Of a stretch of 32,000 nt of DNA, positions 21,297-30,980 are shown in pieces. The position numbers and the translations under genes were made by a program. The DNA is from Candidatus Saccharimonadota bacterium (GTDB lineage: Bacteria; Pseudomonadota; Gammaproteobacteria; Enterobacterales; Enterobacteriaceae). Location of the stretch: contig CP145872.1 in the NCBI GenBank assembly GCA_041941795.1, positions 300,001 to 332,000 of the forward strand. Reading direction: 5' to 3'. Each line of letters starts with the position of its first letter. The stretch's first letter is position 1. Under the pieces are notes generated by a model. The model made no database searches, was not told the DNA's origin, and saw only the letters and a list, made by a program, of their open reading frames with translations.

Positions 21297-21839
21297 TTAT
21301 AAATGTAAAAATTCTTCTAACCGACTAAGACGACTGCGCAAACTACCATCTATAACTGTATTACCCATGCGTATTATAATACCTGCTAATATAAATTTAT
21401 TTATTCTTAAATTTATTTTAACTTTTTGAACGAGTTTTTCTTCAAGTATTTTCTTTATAACTGTTAATTGCTCCGAATTAAGGGGAGTAGCTGTAATAAC
21501 TTCAAGGTATGTAATTTGTTGATATTCCAAACGTAACTGTTTAAAGATTTTCAGTACTACTGGTAGTAATTGTATTCTGTTGTTTTCGGCCATAATTTTT
21601 ATAAAATTTTTAAATTCTTTTTCAAGATTATTTCCACAAAGAGTTATAAATATCTTATATAAGATTTGAGGTGCTAGTAATCCATAAAAAAGCTGAGTAA
21701 TATTAGGATTACGAGATATCTCTGCACTTAATGATAACATCTGTTGCCATTTATTAATTTTATCGTGAATAACCGCAAATTCAAAAGCTGCAATTGCATA
21801 GGGACGTGCTATAGTTTGTAACTCGGTTATTTGTTTCAT
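21297..21839 (-). CDS. atpH: ATP synthase F1 delta subunit
   Basis: ARPYA.AAF.FAV, MAEN.R, G.IIR.G..VIDGS.R.RL.RL and its position between atpF and atpA support the call. The track's first codon (21842) is TTG; the ATG at 21839 is the more likely start. Confidence 0.92.
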   Translation of the reverse strand: MKQITELQTIARPYAIAAFEFAVIHDKINKWQQMLSLSAEISRNPNITQLFYGLLAPQILYKIFITLCGNNLEKEFKNFIKIMAENNRIQLLPVVLKIFKQLRLEYQQITYLEVITATPLNSEQLTVIKKILEEKLVQKVKINLRINKFILAGIIIRMGNTVIDGSLRSRLSRLEEFLHL

Positions 21840-21843
21840 CAAA

Positions 21844-22314
21844 TTATAACTGGGATATTATTTTATTAATAATGTTCTTATTAATTTTTTCATTGACTGA
21901 ACTTTCCATTAACTTCTCAGCGACTGCTATAGTCATAACTACAACTTCTTTTCTTAATTTTTCTCGTACCTTCTGCTGCGCTGATTCTATTTCTGTTTGA
22001 GCTCTAGAGAGAATTTTTTTGCGTTCCTTTTCTGCTTCGTAGCTTACTTTTTCTAAAATTTTACTACTTTGTTGTTTTGCTTGATCTAAAATATTTAATG
22101 CTTTTTTATGAGCCTCATTTAACTGTTGTTGAGCTTTTGTTTGAGCATCCTGTAAAGTAATTTTCGCTTGTTGGGCAGCAGCTAATCCATCTGCTATTTC
22201 TTTCTGTCTTTTTTCTATGGCATTCAAAATAGGGGGCCAGATGTATCTCATACAAAATATAACAAAAATTATAAAAGATACTGATTGTCCTAGGATAGTG
22301 GCATTAATATTCAT
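21844..22314 (-). CDS. atpF: ATP synthase F0 b subunit
   Basis: MNINATILGQ...FC.YIWPP...AIEKRQKEIADGLA matches E. coli AtpF. It is 156 aa, as in E. coli. Confidence 0.94.
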   Translation of the reverse strand: MNINATILGQSVSFIIFVIFCMRYIWPPILNAIEKRQKEIADGLAAAQQAKITLQDAQTKAQQQLNEAHKKALNILDQAKQQSSKILEKVSYEAEKERKKILSRAQTEIESAQQKVREKLRKEVVVMTIAVAEKLMESSVNEKINKNIINKIISQL

Positions 22315-22425
22315 CTTATATCCTCTAACAGCAGAAAGTAAGTTGCATTAAGTAAATTTTACTTAACCATAATAGGTCGTAATATTTAATGTTCTCATAA
22401 AGCAATCTCTCATGAAATTTTAATG

Positions 22426-22665
<240 letters not shown>

Positions 22666-22695
22666 TCAAATCTCCATTAAATTTATATAAAATAA

Positions 22696-23538
<843 letters not shown>

Positions 23539-23602
23539 TTAGTGAGATTTGATATTAAATTTAAGTAATCAACAATCATCAACATTCTTCTTTGCTCGGC
23601 CC

Positions 23603-23631
23603 ATTTTACTAATCTTTCTTACTGAAGTCAA
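23603..23631 (-). promoter_or_regulatory. Candidate sigma-70 promoter of the atp operon
   Basis: The minus strand reads TTGACT, a 17-nt spacer (tcagtaagaaagattag), then TAAAAT, about 70 nt upstream of the atpB ATG. Both hexamers are 5/6 to consensus with optimal spacing. Confidence 0.45.
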
Positions 23632-23717
23632 CGACTTATAACTTTATTCAGTATTCTATCCATTATAGAGACACATTTCTAAAAGCACTCAATTTTCACA
23701 ATTTGATGATAATCTTA

Positions 23718-25607
23718 TTAACTTATCTCCGATAAGTAAGTATTTTTTTTGAGCCAAATGCATAAAATAGATATAGCAGCAGGTGTAACTCCGGGGATAC
23801 GAGATGCTTGACCTACCGAAATTGGATGCACTTCATTAAGAAGATCACTCACTTCATTAGAAAGAGAATGAATTTGCTTATAGTTTAAATTCACCGGTAA
23901 CGGAATCTTATTAAGACGTTCTTGGTTTAAACATTCCTCTTGCTGACGAATTAGATATCCTTGATATTTTATTTGAATCTCTAATGATTTATAAACTAAA
24001 GGATTAGTAATTCCTTCCGTTGCAAAAGATGGTAGCTTAAGCAAAGATTCATATGTAATTTCTGGACGTCGTAAGAGTTCTTCGGCATTGATTTTCTCTC
24101 TGGTAATATTATTTTTCAGTAAATTCCTAATTGGATGTAAACAACTGTTTGGTAACCAGAGGTTACGTAACCGTTGGAGTTCTTTTTCACTCTGTTCTTT
24201 TTTATTCTGAAAAATTCTCCACCGTTTATCATTGACTATTCCTAAATTACGTCCAATTTCTGTTAATCTTATGTCTGCATTATCTTCCCGTAGAAATAAA
24301 CGATATTCTGCTCGAGAAGTCAACATTCTGTATGGTTCGTTAGTACCTCTAGTACATAGGTCATCTATCAAGACTCCAATATATGCCTGATTTCGTTTTG
24401 GAATCCACCCTTCTTTATTTAAAGATAAACAACCGGCATTTATTCCAGCTAATAATCCCTGTATTGCTGCTTCTTCATAACCAGTAGTCCCATTTATTTG
24501 TCCGGCTAAAAAAAGACCATTAATATATTTACTTTCCAGAGTGGGTTTGAGATCTCTGGGATCTAAATAATCATATTCTATTGCGTATCCTGGACGTACC
24601 ATATGACAATTTTCCAATCCTTTAATAGAACGTAAAATTTGCAGTTGCACATCACAGGGTAAGCTAGTGGAAATACCGTTCGGATACATTTCTTTGCTAG
24701 TTATTCCTTCCGGTTCTAGAAAAATTTGATGTGCAGTACGATCTTTAAACCGAATAATTTTATCTTCAATGGAAGGACAGTATCGTGGTCCCGGACTTTC
24801 AATTAATCCGGACTTCATTGGAGTTAAATGAAGATTATTTTTAATAATATCATGAGTCAGTTCATTAGTGTGAGTAATATAACAAGGTACCTGCTGCGGA
24901 TGTTGAGATATATTACCTATAAAGGAAAAGATTGGTAAAGGATAGTCACTTTCTTGACGGTTTAAAACATTATAATTAATAGAACGCGCATCAATTCTAG
25001 GAGGAGTCCCAGTTTTGAGTCTTTTGACGCGTAAAGATATCTCTTTTAAGAAATCTGCTAATGTTCTTGAGGCGGGTTCACCATCTCGACCACCCGGATA
25101 ACTATTAAGACCTATATGAATTTGTCCATTTAAAAAAGTTCCTACACTAATTACAACTGATTTAGAGTAAAATTTAACTCCTATATTTGTATGAACTCCT
25201 AATACCTGATGATTCTTAATAATTAATCTATTAACTATTTGCTGAAAAATCGTTAAATTTGGTTGATTTTCCAAAGTACTCCGTATTATATGTCGATAAA
25301 GGACGCGATCGGCTTGGGCCCGAGTAGCACGTACGGCTGGTCCTTTACGAGAATTGAGGATTCTAAATTGAATTCCAGACTGATCAATAGCTTGAGCCAT
25401 TAATCCTCCTAGAGCATCAATTTCTTTTACTAAATGTCCTTTACCAATTCCTCCAATAGAAGGATTGCATGACATCTGTCCAAGAGTCTCAATATTATGC
25501 GAGATTAATAGAGTTTGACATCCCATTCTCGACGATGCTAAAGCTGCTTCGGTTCCTGCATGACCTCCTCCTATAACGATAACATCATATAAATTTTGTT
25601 TAAACAT
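23718..25607 (-). CDS. mnmG: tRNA uridine 5-carboxymethylaminomethyl modification enzyme MnmG (GidA)
   Basis: 629 aa, as in E. coli. The FAD motif [15 protein letters not shown] is present, with long identical blocks ([55 protein letters not shown]). An AGAGGAGG Shine-Dalgarno sequence lies upstream. Confidence 0.97.
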   Translation of the reverse strand: MFKQNLYDVIVIGGGHAGTEAALASSRMGCQTLLISHNIETLGQMSCNPSIGGIGKGHLVKEIDALGGLMAQAIDQSGIQFRILNSRKGPAVRATRAQADRVLYRHIIRSTLENQPNLTIFQQIVNRLIIKNHQVLGVHTNIGVKFYSKSVVISVGTFLNGQIHIGLNSYPGGRDGEPASRTLADFLKEISLRVKRLKTGTPPRIDARSINYNVLNRQESDYPLPIFSFIGNISQHPQQVPCYITHTNELTHDIIKNNLHLTPMKSGLIESPGPRYCPSIEDKIIRFKDRTAHQIFLEPEGITSKEMYPNGISTSLPCDVQLQILRSIKGLENCHMVRPGYAIEYDYLDPRDLKPTLESKYINGLFLAGQINGTTGYEEAAIQGLLAGINAGCLSLNKEGWIPKRNQAYIGVLIDDLCTRGTNEPYRMLTSRAEYRLFLREDNADIRLTEIGRNLGIVNDKRWRIFQNKKEQSEKELQRLRNLWLPNSCLHPIRNLLKNNITREKINAEELLRRPEITYESLLKLPSFATEGITNPLVYKSLEIQIKYQGYLIRQQEECLNQERLNKIPLPVNLNYKQIHSLSNEVSDLLNEVHPISVGQASRIPGVTPAAISILCIWLKKNTYLSEIS

Positions 25608-25798
25608 AAAAATTTAATCCTCCTCTGTTATGAGGATAAAAGTTTGAGAAAATTACTAAAATTTATTTACCGAATGAGTATAATTGATATGACCAACAAC
25701 ATAATTATAATTATATTTACGATAGATAAAAATATCAGAAGATATTACCATATTTTAGATGAATGCAAAATTTTCTTATTTTATAGAGAGAGGATCTA

Positions 25799-26863
25799 AT
25801 GAAGAAGGTTGTTTATCCTTACCCACAGCAGAGATTAATCTCATTTAATACTTTTGGTATTGATGTTCATGCTGTCAAAGTCATGGTGATACAAAATATT
25901 TCTGAATTACTTCAAGCATGGAAATCCTCTCAACAAGATAATTTACCAATTTTGATCTTAGGGTCTGGAAGTAATGTTTTATTTCTAGATGATTTCATTG
26001 GCACTGTCATTATTAATCGTTTAAAAGGAATAAAAATACGAGAAACAATGGAATATTGGCATTTACATGTTAATTCAGGTGAGAATTGGCATACGTTAGT
26101 GGAATATACTATTAAAAATAAAATTTTTGGTCTAGAAAATTTAGCTTTCATCCCGGGATGTGTAGGTGCAGCTGTTATTCAAAATATCGGTGCTTATGGT
26201 ATGGAGTTTAATACCTTTTGTGAATATGTAGAAATTCTTGATTTATTGAATCAAAATATCTTCTGTATTTCAGCCGATAAATGTGAGTTTCAGTATCGAA
26301 ATAGTATATTTCTTCATAATTATAAAAATAATTATATTATTACTGCTGTTGGTTTATTAATTAAAAAAAATTGGAAGCCTCATTTAATTCATCCCAGCTT
26401 ATTATTTCTCGATTCTTCTCTAATTACTCCAAAAAAAATTTTTGATACTATTTGTTCTCTTCGCTCCAGAAAATTACCCAATCCTCAAATTCTTGGAAAT
26501 GCTGGAAGTTTTTTTAAAAACCCCATCATTGAAGCTAAACAAGTTGTGCGCATCTTATGTAATTTTCCAAACCTTCCCAATATTGTTCAGAGTAATGGAT
26601 TAGTAAAAATTTCTGCAGGTTGGCTTATTGAGCAATGTAATCTCAAAGGGTATCGATATGGAGGAGCTGTAGTACATAATCAACATGCGCTCATTTTAAT
26701 AAATGAAAAACATGCCACTGGGTGGGATATTGCCCGTTTAGCAAATATAGTTCGACAATCCGTGGGTGAAAAATTTAATATTTGGCTTGAACCAGAAGTG
26801 CATTTCATAGGTGCACATGGAAAACTAACGTCTAGTGAAGTTATAGGTGATAATTTAACTTAA
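25799..26863 (+). CDS. murB: UDP-N-acetylenolpyruvoylglucosamine reductase
   Basis: NTFGID, ILG.GSNVLFL.D..GTVIINR.KGI, GENWH.LV.YT, GLENLA.IPGCVG...IQNIGAYG, LP.P...GNAGSFFKNP and VGEKFN.WLEPEV.FIGA are collinear with E. coli MurB. Confidence 0.94.
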   Translation: MKKVVYPYPQQRLISFNTFGIDVHAVKVMVIQNISELLQAWKSSQQDNLPILILGSGSNVLFLDDFIGTVIINRLKGIKIRETMEYWHLHVNSGENWHTLVEYTIKNKIFGLENLAFIPGCVGAAVIQNIGAYGMEFNTFCEYVEILDLLNQNIFCISADKCEFQYRNSIFLHNYKNNYIITAVGLLIKKNWKPHLIHPSLLFLDSSLITPKKIFDTICSLRSRKLPNPQILGNAGSFFKNPIIEAKQVVRILCNFPNLPNIVQSNGLVKISAGWLIEQCNLKGYRYGGAVVHNQHALILINEKHATGWDIARLANIVRQSVGEKFNIWLEPEVHFIGAHGKLTSSEVIGDNLT

Positions 26864-27037
26864 CAAAAATATTGTTTCATCCTCCCAATAAGAGCAAAAA
26901 TTTTTTTTTTGAAAAAATTTTCGTGTGAAGCCAGATCCGGCTACAATTAAAAAAATGAGAAAATATGATAAAGACTTTCCAATAAGTTCTTCTATATTAG
27001 AAATAATTTTTATGTTAAAATGACAGAATATTGACAT
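26855..27037 (-). pseudogene. Possible highly degraded relic of pantothenate kinase coaA (otherwise a spurious ORF)
   Basis: This 60-aa ORF sits on the strand and in the slot where E. coli has coaA (between murB-birA and thrU, divergent from thrU). It starts MSI as CoaA does (MSIKEQ). It has ..NIEEL.. (compare LSLEEV), and an unusually GC-rich patch encoding IVAGSGFTRK (compare the CoaA P-loop region SIAGSVAVGKSTTAR). An A10 run lies inside it. The resemblance is weak and judged by eye only. Confidence 0.25.
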
Positions 27038-27071
27038 ATAATAATATTATTATCGACGGCACCTATTTTAG

Positions 27072-27147
<76 letters not shown>

Positions 27148-27170
27148 CAAGTGGGAGAAGAAATTTGATG

Positions 27171-27252
27171 GGTGGGGTTCCCGAGTGGTTAAAGGGAGCA
27201 GACTGTAAATCTGCCGTCAGAGACTTCGAAGGTTCGAATCCTTCCCCCACCA
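27171..27252 (+). tRNA. tyrU: tRNA-Tyr (anticodon GUA), long variable arm, CCA not encoded
   Basis: GGTGGGGTTCCCGAGTGGTTAAAGGGAGCAGACTGTAAATCTGCCGTCAGAGACTTCGAAGGTTCGAATCCTTCCCCCACCA is near-identical to E. coli tRNA-Tyr. The discriminator A is followed by ATA. Confidence 0.93.
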
Positions 27253-27362
27253 ATATGACATAGGATTACTATAAATTTAAATAAATTTAAAAATTTTTAT
27301 ATATAAATGCTTCTCTCTAATAGAGAAACGTAAAATAAAGTGATAAGGCATTATTATTGTAT

Positions 27363-27433
27363 GCGGATATCGTATAATGGCATTACCTCAGCCTTCCAAG
27401 CTGATGAAGCGGGTTCAATTCCCGCTATCCGCT
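27363..27433 (+). tRNA. glyT: tRNA-Gly (anticodon UCC), CCA not encoded
   Basis: GCGGATATCGTATAATGGCATTACCTCAGCCTTCCAAGCTGATGAAGCGGGTTCAATTCCCGCTATCCGCT is close to E. coli glyT. The discriminator T is followed by TAA. Confidence 0.93.
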
Positions 27434-27441
27434 TAAAATTC

Positions 27442-27514
27442 GCTGATATAGCTCAGGTGGGAGAGCACACCCTTGGTAAGGGTGAGGTCGGCGGTTCGAA
27501 TCTGCCTATCAGCA
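27442..27514 (+). tRNA. thrT: tRNA-Thr (anticodon GGU), CCA not encoded
   Basis: GCTGATATAGCTCAGGTGGGAGAGCACACCCTTGGTAAGGGTGAGGTCGGCGGTTCGAATCTGCCTATCAGCA is close to E. coli thrT. The discriminator A is followed by ATC. Confidence 0.93.
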
Positions 27515-27704
27515 ATCAAAAATGTAATTTATTTTTTTATTACAAGATAACACAAAGTTATTCAGGGCTCTTAAAGTAGAGATGTATGCTATTGATCATC
27601 ATAGGGTCACAAAGAAGAGAGCAGATTTATTTAGGATATAATCACTTTAAATACGAACTAGAGGTAGTTAAAGTAATTTAAAGTATCAAAGGAGATATAG
27701 AGGA

Positions 27705-28046
27705 GTGGAGATTTTAAAGTGGATACTAGCTGTTATTTTATTGATGATAGCTATCATGAGTAATCATTACCCAAATCTCAGATTAGTGATACGTATCTTC
27801 ACAGTAATTATTACCATTTTAACGGCAGTCTTTATAGTATCCTTAACAAAACACGGAAAAGTACTGTTAAATTTTTTTCTCGAATCTCAACAGGAGATTC
27901 GAAGAATCATATGGCCCAGTAAACAGGAAACACTCCATACTACCTTAATTGTAGTTACAGCAACAGCAATAATATCTCTGATATTATGGGGATTAGATAA
28001 AATATTATTTTTGATAATATCATTTCTCACTAACCTGAGGTTCTGA
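27705..28046 (+). CDS. secE: Preprotein translocase subunit SecE
   Basis: ...[45 protein letters not shown] matches the E. coli SecE C-terminus ([16 protein letters not shown]...LILWGLDGIL...LRF). Three hydrophobic helices are present. The N-terminus is about 14 aa shorter than in E. coli. The start is GTG, with GGAGA 9 nt upstream. Confidence 0.9.
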   Translation: MEILKWILAVILLMIAIMSNHYPNLRLVIRIFTVIITILTAVFIVSLTKHGKVLLNFFLESQQEIRRIIWPSKQETLHTTLIVVTATAIISLILWGLDKILFLIISFLTNLRF

Positions 28047-28047
28047 A

Positions 28048-28596
28048 ATGGGTGAAGGATCACAACAGATACGGTGGTATGTAATACATGCTAGTTCTGG
28101 TATTGAAAATCGTGTGGCACAAACATTACGGAAACATATAAAATTACATAATTTAGCGGATTTTTTTGGAAAAGTGATGGTTCCGACAGAAGAAGTGTTA
28201 GAAATGAGAGCAGGACATCATCGTAGAAGTGAACGTAAATTTTTTCCGGGTTATGTTTTAGTTCAGATGGAGATGAACGAGACCACTTGGAATTTAGTAC
28301 GTAGTATTCCTGGGGTGATGGGTTTTATTGGTGGCACTCCCGACATTCCTACCCCGATTAACGATCAAGAAATACATAAGATTCAATTAATTATGCAAAA
28401 AGTGCTCCATAAACCAAAACCAAAAATGTTCTTTTCTCCTGGTGAAATAGTGCGTGTTACTGATGGTCCATTTGCAGATTTTCATGCAGTAGTGGAAGAA
28501 GTAGATTATGAAAAGAAGCGGGTCAAAGTGTCAGTATCTATATTTGGTCGTAGTACCCCGGTAGAATTAAACTTTCGTCAAGTTGAAAAAAATTAA
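28048..28596 (+). CDS. nusG: Transcription termination/antitermination factor NusG
   Basis: 182 aa. [51 protein letters not shown] and [31 protein letters not shown] are collinear with E. coli NusG. Confidence 0.96.
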   Translation: MGEGSQQIRWYVIHASSGIENRVAQTLRKHIKLHNLADFFGKVMVPTEEVLEMRAGHHRRSERKFFPGYVLVQMEMNETTWNLVRSIPGVMGFIGGTPDIPTPINDQEIHKIQLIMQKVLHKPKPKMFFSPGEIVRVTDGPFADFHAVVEEVDYEKKRVKVSVSIFGRSTPVELNFRQVEKN

Positions 28597-28654
28597 TTTT
28601 TGACAAGGTGTAATTCTAACTATTTTGACAATCTATCTGAAGAGATAATTAATA

Positions 28655-29089
28655 ATGGCTAAAAAAAAAGTACAAGCTTCTGTAAAATTACAAGTTGCTG
28701 CGGGTATGGCTAATCCTAGTCCTCCAGTCGGTCCTGCTTTGGGCCAAAGAGGAGTAAATATTATGGAATTCTGTAAAAATTTTAATGCTAAAACAGAATC
28801 TTTTGAAAAGGGATTACCACTCCCAGTAATAATAACCGTTTATTCAGATAAATCTTTTACATTTATAATTAAAAGTCCTCCCGCTGTTGCATTACTAAAA
28901 AAAGCGGCTGGTATTAAGGCGGGATCGAGTAAACCTAATAAGGAAAAAGTAGGTTCTATAACATATAACCAATTACGGGAAATAGCAGCAACGAAAGTTT
29001 CCGATTTGACCGGTGCAAATCTTGCAGCTATGACTCGATGTATTCAAGGAACAGCTCGTTCCATGGGATTAACGATAGTAGAGGATTAA
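28655..29089 (+). CDS. rplK: 50S ribosomal protein L11
   Basis: [46 protein letters not shown]... is near-identical to E. coli L11. It has one extra Lys, encoded within an A9 run (28661..28669). Confidence 0.97.
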   Translation: MAKKKVQASVKLQVAAGMANPSPPVGPALGQRGVNIMEFCKNFNAKTESFEKGLPLPVIITVYSDKSFTFIIKSPPAVALLKKAAGIKAGSSKPNKEKVGSITYNQLREIAATKVSDLTGANLAAMTRCIQGTARSMGLTIVED

Positions 29090-29100
29090 AATTACATTAC

Positions 29101-29808
29101 ATGACTAGATTATCTAAACGTCAACGTATATCAAGAGAAAAATTTGAATCAGCGCAGCAATATTCTTTTAGAGAAGCTTTTAATCTTTTAAAAGAACAGT
29201 TACCAAGTGCTAAATTTATTGAAAGCATAGATATAGCAATTAATCTGGGCATTGATGCTCGCAAGGCTGATCAAATAGTTCGAGGAACAGTAGTATTACC
29301 ACATGGCACGGGTAGATCTCCTCGGATTGCTGTATTTACTCAAGGTAAAAATATCGAATTAGCCAAACAAGCCGGAGCCGAATTAGTAGGAATGAAAGAT
29401 TTAGCGGATAAAATCAAGAATGGGGAGAGAAATTTTAATATTGTATTAGCCACGCCAGATGCCATGCCAATAGTTAGTAAATTAGGGCCAATCTTAGGAC
29501 CACGAGGACTTATGCCCAATTCTCAAACGGGAACAGTTACGAATAATATTAAGGAGGCGATAAAAACGGCGCACTCGGGCCAAATTCGTTATCGAAACGA
29601 TAAAAATGGTATTATTCATGCAGCTATTGGAAAAATAAATTTTTCTTATCTTGATTTAAAAGAAAATGTAGAGTATCTATTAGAGACTTTGAGAAAAAGT
29701 AAACCCTCTCACACAAAAGGAGTATTTTTTCACAAAATTACTCTTTCTACTACTATGGGAGTAGGTATCATAATAGATATGACTTCCCTTAAATTTAGTT
29801 TTAATTAA
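29101..29808 (+). CDS. rplA: 50S ribosomal protein L1
   Basis: From the ATG at 29101 the sequence [14 protein letters not shown]...[23 protein letters not shown]...MPN...GTVT.N...A...[18 protein letters not shown] is collinear with E. coli L1 (234 aa; here 235 aa). The track ORF starting at 29038 overlaps the rplK 3' end and is an artefactual extension. Confidence 0.96.
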   Translation: MTRLSKRQRISREKFESAQQYSFREAFNLLKEQLPSAKFIESIDIAINLGIDARKADQIVRGTVVLPHGTGRSPRIAVFTQGKNIELAKQAGAELVGMKDLADKIKNGERNFNIVLATPDAMPIVSKLGPILGPRGLMPNSQTGTVTNNIKEAIKTAHSGQIRYRNDKNGIIHAAIGKINFSYLDLKENVEYLLETLRKSKPSHTKGVFFHKITLSTTMGVGIIIDMTSLKFSFN

Positions 29809-29815
29809 ACGGTAG

Positions 29816-29844
29816 TTTACAGGAAAACAAAAAATTATTAGAAT
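29816..29844 (+). promoter_or_regulatory. Candidate sigma-70 promoter upstream of rplJ (PL10-like)
   Basis: TTTACA, a 17-nt spacer (ggaaaacaaaaaattat), then TAGAAT, in the rplA-rplJ spacer. E. coli has the rplJL-rpoBC promoter in this position. Both hexamers are 5/6 to consensus. Confidence 0.4.
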
Positions 29845-29923
29845 AGGTTATCAATTAACCAGCTCCGAGTTTTGACTGTGAAATACTCAGAAGTATATTT
29901 TGCCATAAAAAGGATTAATTAGA

Positions 29924-30421
29924 ATGGCAATAAATTTAGAAAAAAAACAAGCCATAGTAAGTAAAATTAGTAAAATAGCAAAAAATTCCTTGTCGGTAGT
30001 AATTGCCGATAGCAGTGGAATCCCAGCTAATAAAATGACTGAGCTGAGAAAATTAACACGTGAAAGTAACGTATATATGTATGTAGCACGTAATACACTA
30101 TTACGTATTATAGTTCGTGAGACTAAATTTAAATGTATAATGGAATATTTAAGAGGACCTTGTTTAATTGCTTTTTCAAAGGTTCATCCGGGCACTGCGG
30201 CTCGGATATTTAATAATTTTGCTAAAACGAATAGTAAATTTATTGTTAAAGCCGCGTCTTATGAAGGGAAACAACTTATTGATGAACAAATAGAAGTTTT
30301 AGCTTCGCTACCTACTTATGAAGAAGCAGTAAGACGATTAATCATAACTATGCAAGAAATATCTAGTGGGAGATTAGTTCGTAGTCTAGCCAATTACTGC
30401 AAGAGTAAACATCCCAGGTAG
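29924..30421 (+). CDS. rplJ: 50S ribosomal protein L10
   Basis: 165 aa, as in E. coli. MAINLEKKQAIV..., KMTELRK..RE..VYM.V.RNTLLR and LPTYEEA..RL are collinear with E. coli L10. An AGGA Shine-Dalgarno sequence lies upstream. Confidence 0.96.
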   Translation: MAINLEKKQAIVSKISKIAKNSLSVVIADSSGIPANKMTELRKLTRESNVYMYVARNTLLRIIVRETKFKCIMEYLRGPCLIAFSKVHPGTAARIFNNFAKTNSKFIVKAASYEGKQLIDEQIEVLASLPTYEEAVRRLIITMQEISSGRLVRSLANYCKSKHPR

Positions 30422-30509
30422 ATTCTAATCATCTTAGAAAAAATTTAGTGTCTTTCTTAGAAAGAAAAAGATTCAAAAATAACTAATTGTTTTTGGGGAG
30501 AGAAGTATT

Positions 30510-30884
30510 ATGTCTATAAGTAAAGAGCAAATACTTGCAGCCGTAGCAGCGATGTCCGTTATGGAGGTAACCGAATTAGTTGAGGCTATGGAAAAAAAAT
30601 TTGGAGTTTCTGCCGCTGCTAATATAGGTTCGGTAGGAGGAACACAGCCAATTTCAGAGGAAGTAGAAGAAAAAACAGAATTTTCGGTATTTTTAACTGC
30701 TATTGGTAACAATAAAATCGCTGTTATTAAAGCAGTAAGAGGGATCACAGGATTAGGACTAAAAGATGCTAAAGATCTAGTAGAATCTACGCCTACTGTT
30801 ATCAAGGATAGTATTAGTAAAGAAGCCGCGGAAAATTTAAAAAAATCTTTAGAAGAAACAGGAGCATCTATAGAAATAAAATAA
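30510..30884 (+). CDS. rplL: 50S ribosomal protein L7/L12
   Basis: [36 protein letters not shown]...EEKTEF.V.L...[25 protein letters not shown] is near-identical to E. coli L7/L12. Confidence 0.97.
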   Translation: MSISKEQILAAVAAMSVMEVTELVEAMEKKFGVSAAANIGSVGGTQPISEEVEEKTEFSVFLTAIGNNKIAVIKAVRGITGLGLKDAKDLVESTPTVIKDSISKEAAENLKKSLEETGASIEIK

Positions 30885-30941
30885 AAATACTTAATATTCG
30901 GTATTCCACATTAACATTTGGTATATTATTCAAATAAATAT

Positions 30942-30980
30942 GAGGATAGTGTTCCGATATTTTTCATCCTTTTTATTTTC
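30942..30980 (+). terminator. Weak hairpin plus T-rich tail; possible rplL-rpoB attenuator
   Basis: GAGGAT, an 18-nt loop, then ATCCTT, followed by TTTTATTTT. E. coli has a partial terminator in the rplL-rpoB spacer. The stem is only 6 bp (one G-U pair) and the loop is large. Confidence 0.25.

Noticed and set aside
25596-25799. 67-aa ORF filling the mnmG-murB spacer ([15 protein letters not shown]...).
   Set aside because: It starts antisense inside the mnmG 5' end. Its composition is rich in Ile, Lys, Asn and Tyr, as expected of AT-rich non-coding DNA. It has no Shine-Dalgarno sequence and no resemblance to mioC or any family I recognise.
27031-27060. TTGACA hexamer (27031..27036) upstream of thrU as the tRNA-operon promoter; also TTGACA at 28600..28605 upstream of rplK.
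   Set aside because: Neither has a -10 element at 16-18 nt spacing. The best partners are TATTAT at 11 nt and TATTTT at 15 nt. A TATAAT at 27037..27042 has only a poor -35 element. This is too ambiguous in AT-rich DNA to annotate.
27340-27579. 79-aa ORF spanning the tRNA-Gly and tRNA-Thr genes.
   Set aside because: It is fully explained by two canonical tRNA cloverleaves (27363..27433 and 27442..27514). The open frame is incidental.
27515-27704. Possible tufB remnant (frame MYAIDHHRVTKKRADLFRI) in the thrT-secE spacer.
   Set aside because: Only 2-3 residues resemble the EF-Tu C-terminal region, which is indistinguishable from chance. I report the absence of tufB, not a relic.
29038-29100. 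Upstream extension of rplA in the ORF track (start at 29038, overlapping rplK).
   Set aside because: Alignment to E. coli L1 begins at the ATG at 29101 (MTRLSKRQR versus MAKLTKRMR), which has a GAGGA Shine-Dalgarno sequence in the rplK stop region. The extension is the +1 frame of the rplK 3' end.
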